Assembly: GCA_963662545.2 (NCBI GenBank)
Contig: CAXXLL010000002.1
Span: 928,001-992,000 of the forward strand
DNA length: 64,000 nucleotides
From: Gammaproteobacteria bacterium
GTDB taxonomy: Bacteria; Pseudomonadota; Gammaproteobacteria; Ga0077536
Direction: 5' to 3'
Both the position numbers and the translations under genes were made by a program. Each line of letters starts with the position of its first letter. The stretch's first letter is position 1. The notes under the pieces are model-generated. The model did not search any database, had not been told where the DNA came from, and saw only the letters and a list, made by a program, of their open reading frames with translations. Positions 32,023-40,963 of this stretch are shown piece after piece.

Positions 32023-32328
32023 CTAACTAGCGAAGTCTGGTTCGAGCCGACCCCCGGTCACACACCCGGTCACGTTAGTGTAAGGATCAGTTCCCGAGGT
32101 GAGGACGCCGTGATCACGGGTGATATGACGCACCACCCCGCCCAATTGGCGCATCCCGAATGGGCGGCGAAAGTCGATTTCGACCCGGCACAATCAACGG
32201 CGACCCGACGACAGTTCTATCGACGCTACGCCGACCAGCCCGTGCTGGTCATCGGGACGCACTTCGCGACGCCGACGGCGGGTAAAATCGTCCGTGACGG
32301 CGCCGCGTACAGATTGGACACCAGCTAA
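32023..32328 (+). pseudogene. MBL-fold hydrolase, C-terminal fragment
   Basis: LTSEVWFEPTPGHTPGH...TGDMTHHPAQ...GTHF begins directly at the IS end. Confidence 0.8.
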
Positions 32329-32371
32329 GCACGGTACCCCGCCCCGATCGCGCATACCTGATGACGAACAT

Positions 32372-33352
32372 ATGCGAATAGGACTCTGCATCCGGGGATT
32401 CACCCGGATCCTCGCTATCCTGAGAGAAGCGCTGCCGCACGACGAGGTTTTCGAGTGCGATCGCAGTGAAGTCGTCGAAGTATCGAAAGACACCGACGTC
32501 TTTATTCCCACGGTCTCTCCGATCCCGGCAGAGGCCTTTCTTGCGCCTCGTCTCACGCTCGTACAGCAGTACGGCGTTGGGCTCGATAGCGTGGACATCC
32601 CCGCCGCGACCCGTGCCGGGGTGCTGGTCGCGAACATCCCGAGCGTCGGCACCGGTAACGCCGAGTCCGTCGCCGAGTTCGCCATCGCGCACATGCTGAT
32701 GCTGTCGCGTCACATCCCGACCGCGTTCGAGCGGTTTCGGGAAAAGCGCGTGGGATCGCCGCTCGGCGGCTGTCTCTGGCAAAGCACGGTCGTCATCCTC
32801 GGCTACGGCGGTATCGGTGAGGAGATCGCGCGCCGGCTCGCAGGCTTCGGCACCCGCATCATCGCGGTTTCGCGTCACGGTCCAAACGGACCGCGACCGC
32901 GCGACCCTTCGGTCCATCTCGATTGTCACGTCGATGCCGAAGAAATGGACGATGCCCTTGGCGAAGCCGACTACGTCGTCGTCGCCGCGCCCGCGACACC
33001 TGAGAACGTCGGCCTCGTCGATGCTTCGGTCTTCGCGCGGATGAAGCGCGGCGCTTACATCGTGAACATTGCCCGCGGCCCCGTGATCGACTACGACGCC
33101 TTGCTCGCGGCGCTTCGTGACGGGCGGGTGGCGGGTGCCGGGCTCGACGTCTTCTGGAACGAACCCTTCGACCCCGACGATCCCCTGTTCAAGGAAAACG
33201 TGATTGCAACGCCTCACATAGGCGGCGTGACCGAGCGTAGTTTGGTGGGGATAGGGAAAGCGGTCGCCGCGAACATCGAATGCGTACGCAAGGGTGAAAT
33301 CCCATCGTGTTGCGCCAACCCGGAAGCTGGGCGCGGACGGCTTGGTCATTAG
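32372..33352 (+). CDS. D-2-hydroxyacid dehydrogenase family protein
   Basis: GYGGIG, VNIARG, GLDVFWNEP and TPHIGG motifs. Confidence 0.92.
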   Translation: MRIGLCIRGFTRILAILREALPHDEVFECDRSEVVEVSKDTDVFIPTVSPIPAEAFLAPRLTLVQQYGVGLDSVDIPAATRAGVLVANIPSVGTGNAESVAEFAIAHMLMLSRHIPTAFERFREKRVGSPLGGCLWQSTVVILGYGGIGEEIARRLAGFGTRIIAVSRHGPNGPRPRDPSVHLDCHVDAEEMDDALGEADYVVVAAPATPENVGLVDASVFARMKRGAYIVNIARGPVIDYDALLAALRDGRVAGAGLDVFWNEPFDPDDPLFKENVIATPHIGGVTERSLVGIGKAVAANIECVRKGEIPSCCANPEAGRGRLGH

Positions 33353-33373
33353 CAGGCTTGTTTACAACCTGAT

Positions 33374-33424
33374 AAAGGTGCCAGGTTTATTTAAATGGAG
33401 CACTAGTTAAATAAACCTGTCACC
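33374..33424. repeat. REP-like palindrome interrupted by IS4
   Basis: AAAGGTGCCAGGTTTATTT...AAATAAACCTGTCACC; the arm is completed (CCTGACACCTTT) at 34765-34776. Confidence 0.7.
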
Positions 33425-34764
33425 CTGAGGGATCCCCACAAATTCGACTAGCAAAATTCAAGTTGCACAATGGCGCGTGCCTGTAGATCCCGGAGCGCCT
33501 GTAATAAAGTTGAGCGCTGGATTTGAAGTTGCTTGGCAATGAGGCGAGCACCAACGAATACCACGGATAGGACGGGCTTACGTCTTTCGGTATTGGCCTG
33601 TAAACCTTTCACTAAACCTGTTTGGTAACCGACCAAGCCGACCAACCATTGGGCCAGTGTGGCCAATGCGCACAGCAAGAGTAAGTTCGCCACTCTCTCG
33701 GGATCACGTCCCATGTTTTCTCTAAGTGCAAAGCCGTAACGGGGCGACTTCATGTCGCGGAAGCTCTCTTCAATCTGCATGCGGCGACGATACACGGCAA
33801 CTACCCGATGCGCACTACGAAGGTTGTCCGGCAGATTGCTGGCCAATAACCACGGCTCACGCGCCGCTGCCGACGGTTTCTCGGTATTGCGAGCCCGCGC
33901 CGGTTTGCCGTAAGCCGTATAGCAGACACGCCCGCGTTTCTTACCTTTGTAAACGAATAAATGGGTGTCCAGCGGATTACTTTTCGTGATCAAAAAACGA
34001 CCCAGTGACTTCGGACGAGCATTGGCTTGGCCGTAGAGCACTTTGTTCGAATGCCATGCCGCCTCATCCATACCTCGCACGAGGTGACGATGACGGATGC
34101 GACCCACGTAATACCATCCCATTGAGGCCACAAGACTCAACCAGGGCGTCCGAAATCCTGCATCACTGACCAAGATCGGACAACAGCCCGCAGGCAGAAT
34201 GGCCTTCAGTCGCTTCAGAAAGCGTTTCTCCGCTTTGACACTCGCGTAATGGTGTTCGACTTCTTCATACACGGGGATGGCTCGACCACCGACCGCTAAG
34301 GCCGCCCGCAATACATAGAGCTCTTGACGTTGATCCAGATTAGACCAATCCACCAACACCACCGGATGCGCACAGTCCGATACCAATAACCGAGCTATCC
34401 ATTGATACCACTGCAAACGCTCACCACCGAGCTGACGATTACCCAGCAAGCGATCGACGCGCTTAATCGCGTGTTTCTCGCTCGTGCCACTGTCTATGCT
34501 CCGACCGATATGCGTCAGCCACAAACGTCGGCCCCGAAGTAAACCGCCGACCGCCGCCCAAACCGAGAGTCGACGACCCAAATGCACACCGTATAGCGCT
34601 TCGCTGCTCATTTCATGTAACAATTTCAATACCTGCATGGCTCACCTCGTCGTTCACAGATTGTCTTGCAACAACTGAGATCAACTCGAGCCATGCAGGT
34701 TCCACGAACCCACAAATCAATCTATCGCTTTGTATTTCGTTGGGGTTTTATGGGGATTCCTCAG
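33425..34764 (-). mobile_element. IS4 family (IS10-like) insertion sequence
   Basis: TIRs CTGAGGGATCCCCA / TGGGGATTCCTCAG; 9-bp target duplication CCTGTCACC/CCTGACACC. Confidence 0.88.
33448..34638 (-). CDS. IS4/IS10-type transposase
   Basis: KHAIKRVDRLLGN, VDWS, DAGFRTPW and YRRRMQIEESFRDMK (YREK) motifs. Confidence 0.92.
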   Translation of the reverse strand: MQVLKLLHEMSSEALYGVHLGRRLSVWAAVGGLLRGRRLWLTHIGRSIDSGTSEKHAIKRVDRLLGNRQLGGERLQWYQWIARLLVSDCAHPVVLVDWSNLDQRQELYVLRAALAVGGRAIPVYEEVEHHYASVKAEKRFLKRLKAILPAGCCPILVSDAGFRTPWLSLVASMGWYYVGRIRHRHLVRGMDEAAWHSNKVLYGQANARPKSLGRFLITKSNPLDTHLFVYKGKKRGRVCYTAYGKPARARNTEKPSAAAREPWLLASNLPDNLRSAHRVVAVYRRRMQIEESFRDMKSPRYGFALRENMGRDPERVANLLLLCALATLAQWLVGLVGYQTGLVKGLQANTERRKPVLSVVFVGARLIAKQLQIQRSTLLQALRDLQARAIVQLEFC

Positions 34765-34815
34765 CCTGACACCTTTATGTTGCGAATTGTCGTTAGCTGT
34801 CACGGTGAAGAACGC

Positions 34816-35259
34816 ATGAGGGAAATTGGCGGGTGCTATTGCGGCTCTGTACGTTACGCCATTTCCGGGGAACCCCTCACGGTCTACGCATGCCATTGCA
34901 CAGATTGTCAGAAAGCGTCTGGCTCGGCATTCACTATCGGCGTTATTCTTTCCTCACAACAATTTCGGCTAACATCAGGTTCGATCGAGGTCGATTCGTT
35001 TCAGGTAAGTGGCAACGACCTACTGCGGAATTATTGCGCCAACTGTGGCTCGACGGTATGGCATGCCTCCCCAAAACACGAGGGATATATTTCGCTAAAA
35101 GGTGGCACGCTTGATAACAAATCCAATTTGAGTCCAGTTGCTCACTTATGGTTTCGTAGTGCGCTTCCTTGGGTCCAAGTAGACGCTACACACAAAATTT
35201 TCGATCAGCAGCCCGAAATGTCGGAGTTAATTGAGCTGTGGAGCCACCGTGCCACCTAA
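34816..35259 (+). CDS. GFA family protein
   Basis: GGCYCGSVRY, CHCTDCQK and YCANCGS motifs. Confidence 0.9.
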   Translation: MREIGGCYCGSVRYAISGEPLTVYACHCTDCQKASGSAFTIGVILSSQQFRLTSGSIEVDSFQVSGNDLLRNYCANCGSTVWHASPKHEGYISLKGGTLDNKSNLSPVAHLWFRSALPWVQVDATHKIFDQQPEMSELIELWSHRAT

Positions 35260-35540
35260 CCAGTCGCTGTAACACGCCGCTCAACTCAACATGTTCGATC
35301 TTGCTCAGGCCGGAGTCGGCGCGCAGGAGTTCGAGATACGGTGTGACGAAGGCCCACATGCGCTATAGACGTTCGTAATCGCGAGACAGGTTTCGATTCG
35401 CCCGCAAGCGGGCTCCTATGGTAGCTCGCGAGATGTAGGAGTTCGCTTGCGGGCGAATGATGCGTAATCACATTGCTACCCATCTTTGGGAGCAACGGTT
35501 TATCGAATTAGTATTCGCGCTATGCGCTGTAATTTTTGCT

Positions 35541-35951
35541 TCAAGCCAGGCGGACGACGGCCTGGCCGGGCGTTGTTACGGCCCCTTGTTCGTTCTTGAT
35601 GAATAGCTTGAGCGTGACCAGGCCTGTTTCCCGATCGATCCCCGTTACTTCTCCGCCCGATGTCAGCGTGTCACCGAGGTACGACGCTTTCCGGTTGGAA
35701 TATTCGAACTCGATGAATTCGCCGTCGTCTCCGATCCATTCGAAAACGGCCTGGGTCAACCAGTCGCCCTGCAAGGGGCCGTCGATTACGATCCCCGGGT
35801 GATGCTCCACCTCTTTGACGTAGCGTTCATCATAATGAATGCGGTGCGGATTCCAGATGGCCGCGTTGTATAAAAACAGTGAAACATTGGTCGCGATAAA
35901 AGTGCGCTCGGGGAGCGTGTGGCCGATATCGATATCAGTCAATCCAGGCAT
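35541..35951 (-). CDS. MaoC/hotdog-fold dehydratase
   Basis: WNPHRIHYD and GPLQGDWL motifs. Confidence 0.85.
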   Translation of the reverse strand: MPGLTDIDIGHTLPERTFIATNVSLFLYNAAIWNPHRIHYDERYVKEVEHHPGIVIDGPLQGDWLTQAVFEWIGDDGEFIEFEYSNRKASYLGDTLTSGGEVTGIDRETGLVTLKLFIKNEQGAVTTPGQAVVRLA

Positions 35952-35957
35952 GACGGC

Positions 35958-36413
35958 TCACCGGTTGATTCGGCTCTGGGTCTCCTGCATCACGAGTTCA
36001 CCTTCTTCGGTCTTGATGGTGATCTCGTAGGTGATGAAGATGAGTGGCCCGCTTGACCCCTGCTTTTCGTAAATGTCGGTGATCTCGCGCTGGATCAACA
36101 ACACGGCGCCCGGTCTGATCGGGCGGTGGTAGCGCTGTTTGATGCCGCCTGCCATAACGCGCTTGAGCGGCAGATCGGGTAGCAGGATATCGCGCCGTAA
36201 ACCGTCGGGGCCGAGTTCCTCGAGCATGCAAATGGGCGTCGAGGCGCCGAACAGGAACATCGGAGGCGCTTCGTCGCCCTTTCGATATTTCTCGAGTCGC
36301 TGTTGGGTTGCGACCGCATATTTGACGATGTCACGGCGCGTGATCTCGATGCGCTGCGGCGGTGCGGAGCGGCCGATCCAGGCGCGTATTTCGGGCGTGA
36401 TCAACTCACTCAT
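35958..36413 (-). CDS. MaoC N-terminal-type hotdog protein
   Basis: APPMF, RVMAGG...YHRPIRPG and KQGSSGPLIF motifs. Confidence 0.85.
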   Translation of the reverse strand: MSELITPEIRAWIGRSAPPQRIEITRRDIVKYAVATQQRLEKYRKGDEAPPMFLFGASTPICMLEELGPDGLRRDILLPDLPLKRVMAGGIKQRYHRPIRPGAVLLIQREITDIYEKQGSSGPLIFITYEITIKTEEGELVMQETQSRINR

Positions 36414-36434
36414 AACCGGTTTCACGTATCGCCA

Positions 36435-36854
36435 TCATATCGATCCGGTGATCGCTCGGAATCGCGGCAGGGTGATTTCGCTGGTGACGTCCTCAAAGAA
36501 GACTTCGACCGCGAGGTCGATGGTTACCTCGGCCTCGTCCGTTCCGACCAGCGGCGCTTGTACCCGCACGCCTTCCTCCATATCGGCAGTCACCGTCACG
36601 TAAGGTGTTTCGCTTTTGAATCCCGAATGAAATCCATGGTGGTTGACCGTCCAGCTGTAGACCTTGCCGCGTCCGGACGATTCGATCCAATCGTAGGCCA
36701 TCGAAAAACAATGATCGCAGACCGAGCGTGGGTAATGACGAATCTTTTTGCATTGCCGGCAGCATTGAAATAGTAGCCTGTGCGTCTTCAAGCCATCCCA
36801 ATAGGGTTGGCTTTCGGTCGTCGGCTCGGGCAGTGGTTTGTCGTAACCGGACAT
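36435..36854 (-). CDS. Zn-ribbon/OB-fold (DUF35) protein
   Basis: CRQC..YPRSVCDHC and SSGRGKVYSWTV; adjacent to a thiolase-like gene. Confidence 0.88.
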   Translation of the reverse strand: MSGYDKPLPEPTTESQPYWDGLKTHRLLFQCCRQCKKIRHYPRSVCDHCFSMAYDWIESSGRGKVYSWTVNHHGFHSGFKSETPYVTVTADMEEGVRVQAPLVGTDEAEVTIDLAVEVFFEDVTSEITLPRFRAITGSI

Positions 36855-36859
36855 CGTTG

Positions 36860-38008
36860 TCAGCGCCGCATGATGGCAATGGAGCCGTCGCCGAGATCGC
36901 CATATCCCGTCACGAGACCCACTTCGGCGCCGTTGACCTGCCGGCGGCCCGCGTCGCCGCGCAACTGGCACACCAGTTCTACGATGTGATTCATGCCGGC
37001 GATGTGCGCCTGCGAGAGGAGTCCGCCGTGCGTGTTGACTGGCAGTTCGCCGCCGAGACCGATGCGCCCGTTTTCGACGAACGGCCCGCCTTCGCCCTTT
37101 TCGCAGAATCCCATGTCTTCGAGCTGGCAGATCACGGTGTAGGTGAAGCAGTCGTAGATCTGCGCTACGTCGATGTCGGCGTGGCTCACCCCGGCCATCG
37201 CAAACGCCTTGGGTGCGGCTTTGGCGATTCCGAGACGCGTCATGTCGGGGCGCTGGGTGATTGTGCTCGGCGATTCCGGGTGCCCTTCGGCGACGCCGGC
37301 GATGACGATTGGAGCGTGCCGAAGATCCTTTGCGCGATCGAATGCGCTCACGACGACCGCGGTGGCCCCGGCGCTTTCCAGGCAACAGTCGAACAGCCGG
37401 AATGGATCGGCGATCATGCGAGAATCGCGGTGATCGTCCAAGCTCATCGGTTTCTGCATCATTGCGTTATCGTGGAGCTGTGCATGCTTGCGCATCGTCA
37501 CGGCCACATGACCGAACTGTTCGCTGGTGGTGCCGTAGACTTCCATGTGGCGGCGCGCCATCGGCGCATAGAACTGTGCGGGCGCGTTCGTTCCGAGTGG
37601 CATTTCGAATTCGCTGACGACCCTGAACTGCGGCATCTGGCTGATGCGCTGAGCCGCGCGTGAAGTCGAGGCGCTGGCGCGGCCCAGCGCGATGAGGACA
37701 TGCCGTGCAACACCTGTCGCAACGGCCATCGCCGCCGTCTGCAAAGCCGCCACGGCACTCGCGCCGCCCATCGGGATGACGGCTGAATAACGCAAGTCGT
37801 CGATGCCGAAATTGGTGATGAAATCTTCGGCCACGATGCCGCCCAGCCCGTAGGGGATGACACCGTCGATATCCTTGGGGCTGAGTCCCGCGTCTTCAAT
37901 GGCAGACAGCGAGGCTTCGAAAGTAAGGGTCTGTTGGCTTTTGTCCGAGTCTTTCGCGTAGCGGGTCTCGCCGATGCCGGTGACCGCTGCTCTGTTGCTG
38001 AGTTCCAT
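36860..38008 (-). CDS. SCP2-type thiolase family protein
   Basis: LFDCCLES, QIYDCFT and PVNTHGGLLSQAH motifs. Confidence 0.9.
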   Translation of the reverse strand: MELSNRAAVTGIGETRYAKDSDKSQQTLTFEASLSAIEDAGLSPKDIDGVIPYGLGGIVAEDFITNFGIDDLRYSAVIPMGGASAVAALQTAAMAVATGVARHVLIALGRASASTSRAAQRISQMPQFRVVSEFEMPLGTNAPAQFYAPMARRHMEVYGTTSEQFGHVAVTMRKHAQLHDNAMMQKPMSLDDHRDSRMIADPFRLFDCCLESAGATAVVVSAFDRAKDLRHAPIVIAGVAEGHPESPSTITQRPDMTRLGIAKAAPKAFAMAGVSHADIDVAQIYDCFTYTVICQLEDMGFCEKGEGGPFVENGRIGLGGELPVNTHGGLLSQAHIAGMNHIVELVCQLRGDAGRRQVNGAEVGLVTGYGDLGDGSIAIMRR

Positions 38009-38013
38009 GGGAG

Positions 38014-39030
38014 TCAGGCTAATTCAGCGCGCAGCATAAACGCACGCAGGGTTGAAATATAAGCGCTCGGCGTTTCGGCATGCGGCATGTGCGAGGCCCC
38101 GGCGAACACTTCCACTTCGGCGCCCGGCGTCCTATTACGGAAAGCGTGCGTACTGGCGGGCGTGGCCTCGTCGTACTCGCCGCAGGTGTAGAGCGTCGGT
38201 GTGCGGATCTCCGGCAGACGCGGTTCGATGTCGTAATCCTTGAGGGTGCCGGTGAGTTGGCTCTCGCTCGGACCCCACATATGGCCATAAAGCCGGGCGT
38301 TGAATAATTCAAACGTCCTCGAGACAAAGTGCGGCCACGGATCGAGGCGGCAGACGTGGCGACGCAGCCATACCATGTCGGCGGCGTGGTATTCCTCGGA
38401 TGCCGTTGTTCCCGCGCTTTCGTGGTGCTCCAGAGTCGAGCGAATGTCGGGCGGCAGGGCGGCGCGCAATCGCTTGGCGTCAGCCATCCATCGCCTCGCG
38501 CTCAAAAAAGGGCTGGCCAAAATGGTCCCGACGAGTCCCTCCGGCCAGCGGACGGCGTATTCGGCAACCCAGGTTGCGCCGCAGGAGCTGCCGAGCAGGA
38601 ACAGGCGGTCGAGGCCTAAAGCATTGCGCAGCGCGTCGATTTCAGAGACGTATCGCTTCACCGTCCAGTTTCGTTCGTCGTGGGTGCGCAGACCCCGCCC
38701 GCAATCAAGCTGGTCGTAGAAGATTACCGGACGTTCGTCCGCCAGTTTGACGAGTGGCAGCAGGTAGTGATGGCTGGCCCCCGGGCCACCGTGCACGATA
38801 ACCAGCGGAATTCTTCCGCTCGAGAAGTGCCAGCGACCATCGATACGGTACCAGATCCGGCCGCCGTCGACGCCGATGTAACCCGCGTCATCCGGATCCG
38901 GAATGATGGCCTCGGCCTTATCCGCGGATACGGAGAGCGCGGGTTTCATCGCCAGGGCGGCCGCGATCGCCGAGCCGAGAAAGCGCCGTCGATCGAACCT
39001 TAAACTCTCTGATCGCATGTTGTCGGCCAT
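38014..39030 (-). CDS. Proline iminopeptidase-family hydrolase with Tat signal
   Basis: DRRRFLG, HGGPG, YDQLDCG and GEYDEATP motifs. Confidence 0.88.
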   Translation of the reverse strand: MADNMRSESLRFDRRRFLGSAIAAALAMKPALSVSADKAEAIIPDPDDAGYIGVDGGRIWYRIDGRWHFSSGRIPLVIVHGGPGASHHYLLPLVKLADERPVIFYDQLDCGRGLRTHDERNWTVKRYVSEIDALRNALGLDRLFLLGSSCGATWVAEYAVRWPEGLVGTILASPFLSARRWMADAKRLRAALPPDIRSTLEHHESAGTTASEEYHAADMVWLRRHVCRLDPWPHFVSRTFELFNARLYGHMWGPSESQLTGTLKDYDIEPRLPEIRTPTLYTCGEYDEATPASTHAFRNRTPGAEVEVFAGASHMPHAETPSAYISTLRAFMLRAELA

Positions 39031-39214
39031 CGTCGATAGTCAGCGGGAAGACTCCACCCTATTATGATCTTCGATTCGAAAAATGGAATGTCCCATTTTC
39101 TTCCTATCGTTTCTCATTCAATAAAACATCCCAATATTGAGGGAATGCCGGATTTCACCGGCACCGGCCAGTATAATCGATGCCCACCATCGTCATTCGC
39201 AGAGGGCATGCGTA

Positions 39215-40936
39215 ATGCGGAAATATCTTCATATCGATTTGCGTGATCAATCCATTCGGGAGGAAGAATTTTCCGGCGAGCAGGTTGCCCGGGCGGGCCG
39301 TTATTTCATTGCCAAATCCCTGGTGGAAATGGGTGTTGGCCCGGTCGATCCGCTGGGGCCGGAGAATCCGCTGATCTTTTCTGCCGGTCCCTTCGCCGGC
39401 AGTAGCTGGTCCAACGCCAACCGTACCAGCGTCGGCTGCAAGAGCCCGCTGACGGGCGGTATCAAGGAGTCCAATGGCGGTGGTTCCTTCGGTCTTGCCA
39501 TGGGGCAGCTTCACATCGCTGGATTTACGCTCTACGGCATGGCCGCGGAGTGGGTGGTGATCCACCTACGTAAAGACGGCAGCTTTAGCTTTGATACGGC
39601 CGAGCCCTATATGCGCAAGGGCAACTTCGAGTGCGCCGAAATGCTGCACGAAAAGTACGGGAAAAAGGTGTCACTCGCGATCTGTGGTCCGGTCGGCGAG
39701 TATCAGGGACTGCTGGCCGGAATCGCGATGAGCGATACGGATCGCAGGCCGGCACGGCTTTGCGCGCGCGGCGGGGTCGGCGCCGTAATGGGCAGCAAGA
39801 AGGTCAAGGCCATCGTCTGCGACCTGCACAAGATGCCTTCCTTTCACGACCGTAAGAAGGTGATGAAGGGCGTTAAAGAATACGGCAAGATGATCAATAA
39901 CGACGCCGCGGTCGACGTGCTCAAGAACTATGGCACCGCCATGATGGCGGATTACACGAATTACGTCGGCGGATTGCCGGTCAATAATTTCAGCAGTGGC
40001 CGCCAGATCGACACCGACGCAGGCCCCCTCAAGATGGGTGGTGACTTCATTCGCGAGCGCAACCTCGCGCGCGGCGGCCAAACCTCGCATGCTTGCATGC
40101 CCGGCTGCATGATCGAGTGCAGCAACGTCTATGCCGATGCGGATGGCAAGGAGATCGTCTCGCCCGTGGAGTACGAGACGCTGGGGCTCATGGGCACGAA
40201 TTGCGGGCTTACCGATCCGGACGATCTGGCGCGGCTGAATTACCTGGCGAACGACTTAGGCATCGACACCATCGAAACGGGGGCGATGATGGGCGTTCTG
40301 CTCGATGCCGGGCTGGCCGAGTTCGGCGACGTTGAATTTCTCGCCTCGGTCATGGAAGAGATTCGCACCGGTACGGAGCGGGGCAAGCTGTGGTCGCAAG
40401 GCACGGCCCGCGTCGGCGAACACTATAAGGTGCGCCGCACGCCGGTGATCAAGAAACAGGGGATCAGCGCCTATGATCCGCGCGTGATCGAGGTGACCGG
40501 AATCTCCATGATGGTCACGGCACAAGGCGCCGACCATACGACTGGCAACGCGCCCAAGTACGAATGCAGTGGCAAGGGCATCGACGAACTGGTCGATATC
40601 AGTATGGAAATGCAGGTACTGTGCGCAACGGCCGATTCACTCGGACTCTGCATATTCGGGCGCTCGGTCACCAATACGCACGTCGACATGATGGTGAATT
40701 CGATCAACGACGCCTGTGGCACGGACTTCAAGCCCGAATTCTTCGATAAACTCGGACGCGACACTTTGCGCTATGAAGCGGAATTCAACAAAGCTGCCGG
40801 GTTCACCGAAGATGACGACGAACTACCGGACTTCTTCTACGAAGACGCACTCGAGCCCAGCAACAAGGTCGCTCGTTTTCACGCCGCGGAGGTGAATGAA
40901 TCAGTCAGGCGCTGGTGGCAGCAACACCTCGCCTGA
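39215..40936 (+). CDS. Aldehyde ferredoxin oxidoreductase family (W/Mo) protein
   Basis: KSPLTGGIKESNGGG, RGGVGAVMGSK, CMPGCMIEC, EYET and DLGIDTIE motifs. Confidence 0.92.
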   Translation: MRKYLHIDLRDQSIREEEFSGEQVARAGRYFIAKSLVEMGVGPVDPLGPENPLIFSAGPFAGSSWSNANRTSVGCKSPLTGGIKESNGGGSFGLAMGQLHIAGFTLYGMAAEWVVIHLRKDGSFSFDTAEPYMRKGNFECAEMLHEKYGKKVSLAICGPVGEYQGLLAGIAMSDTDRRPARLCARGGVGAVMGSKKVKAIVCDLHKMPSFHDRKKVMKGVKEYGKMINNDAAVDVLKNYGTAMMADYTNYVGGLPVNNFSSGRQIDTDAGPLKMGGDFIRERNLARGGQTSHACMPGCMIECSNVYADADGKEIVSPVEYETLGLMGTNCGLTDPDDLARLNYLANDLGIDTIETGAMMGVLLDAGLAEFGDVEFLASVMEEIRTGTERGKLWSQGTARVGEHYKVRRTPVIKKQGISAYDPRVIEVTGISMMVTAQGADHTTGNAPKYECSGKGIDELVDISMEMQVLCATADSLGLCIFGRSVTNTHVDMMVNSINDACGTDFKPEFFDKLGRDTLRYEAEFNKAAGFTEDDDELPDFFYEDALEPSNKVARFHAAEVNESVRRWWQQHLA

Positions 40937-40963
40937 CAACCTGCTGAGAAACACCGCCAAGAT

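Noticed and set aside
35380-35420. ACAGGTTTCGATTCGCCCGCAAGCGGGC as a tRNA/tmRNA fragment
   Set aside because: No cloverleaf, acceptor stem or tag ORF could be built; it is only a short hairpin
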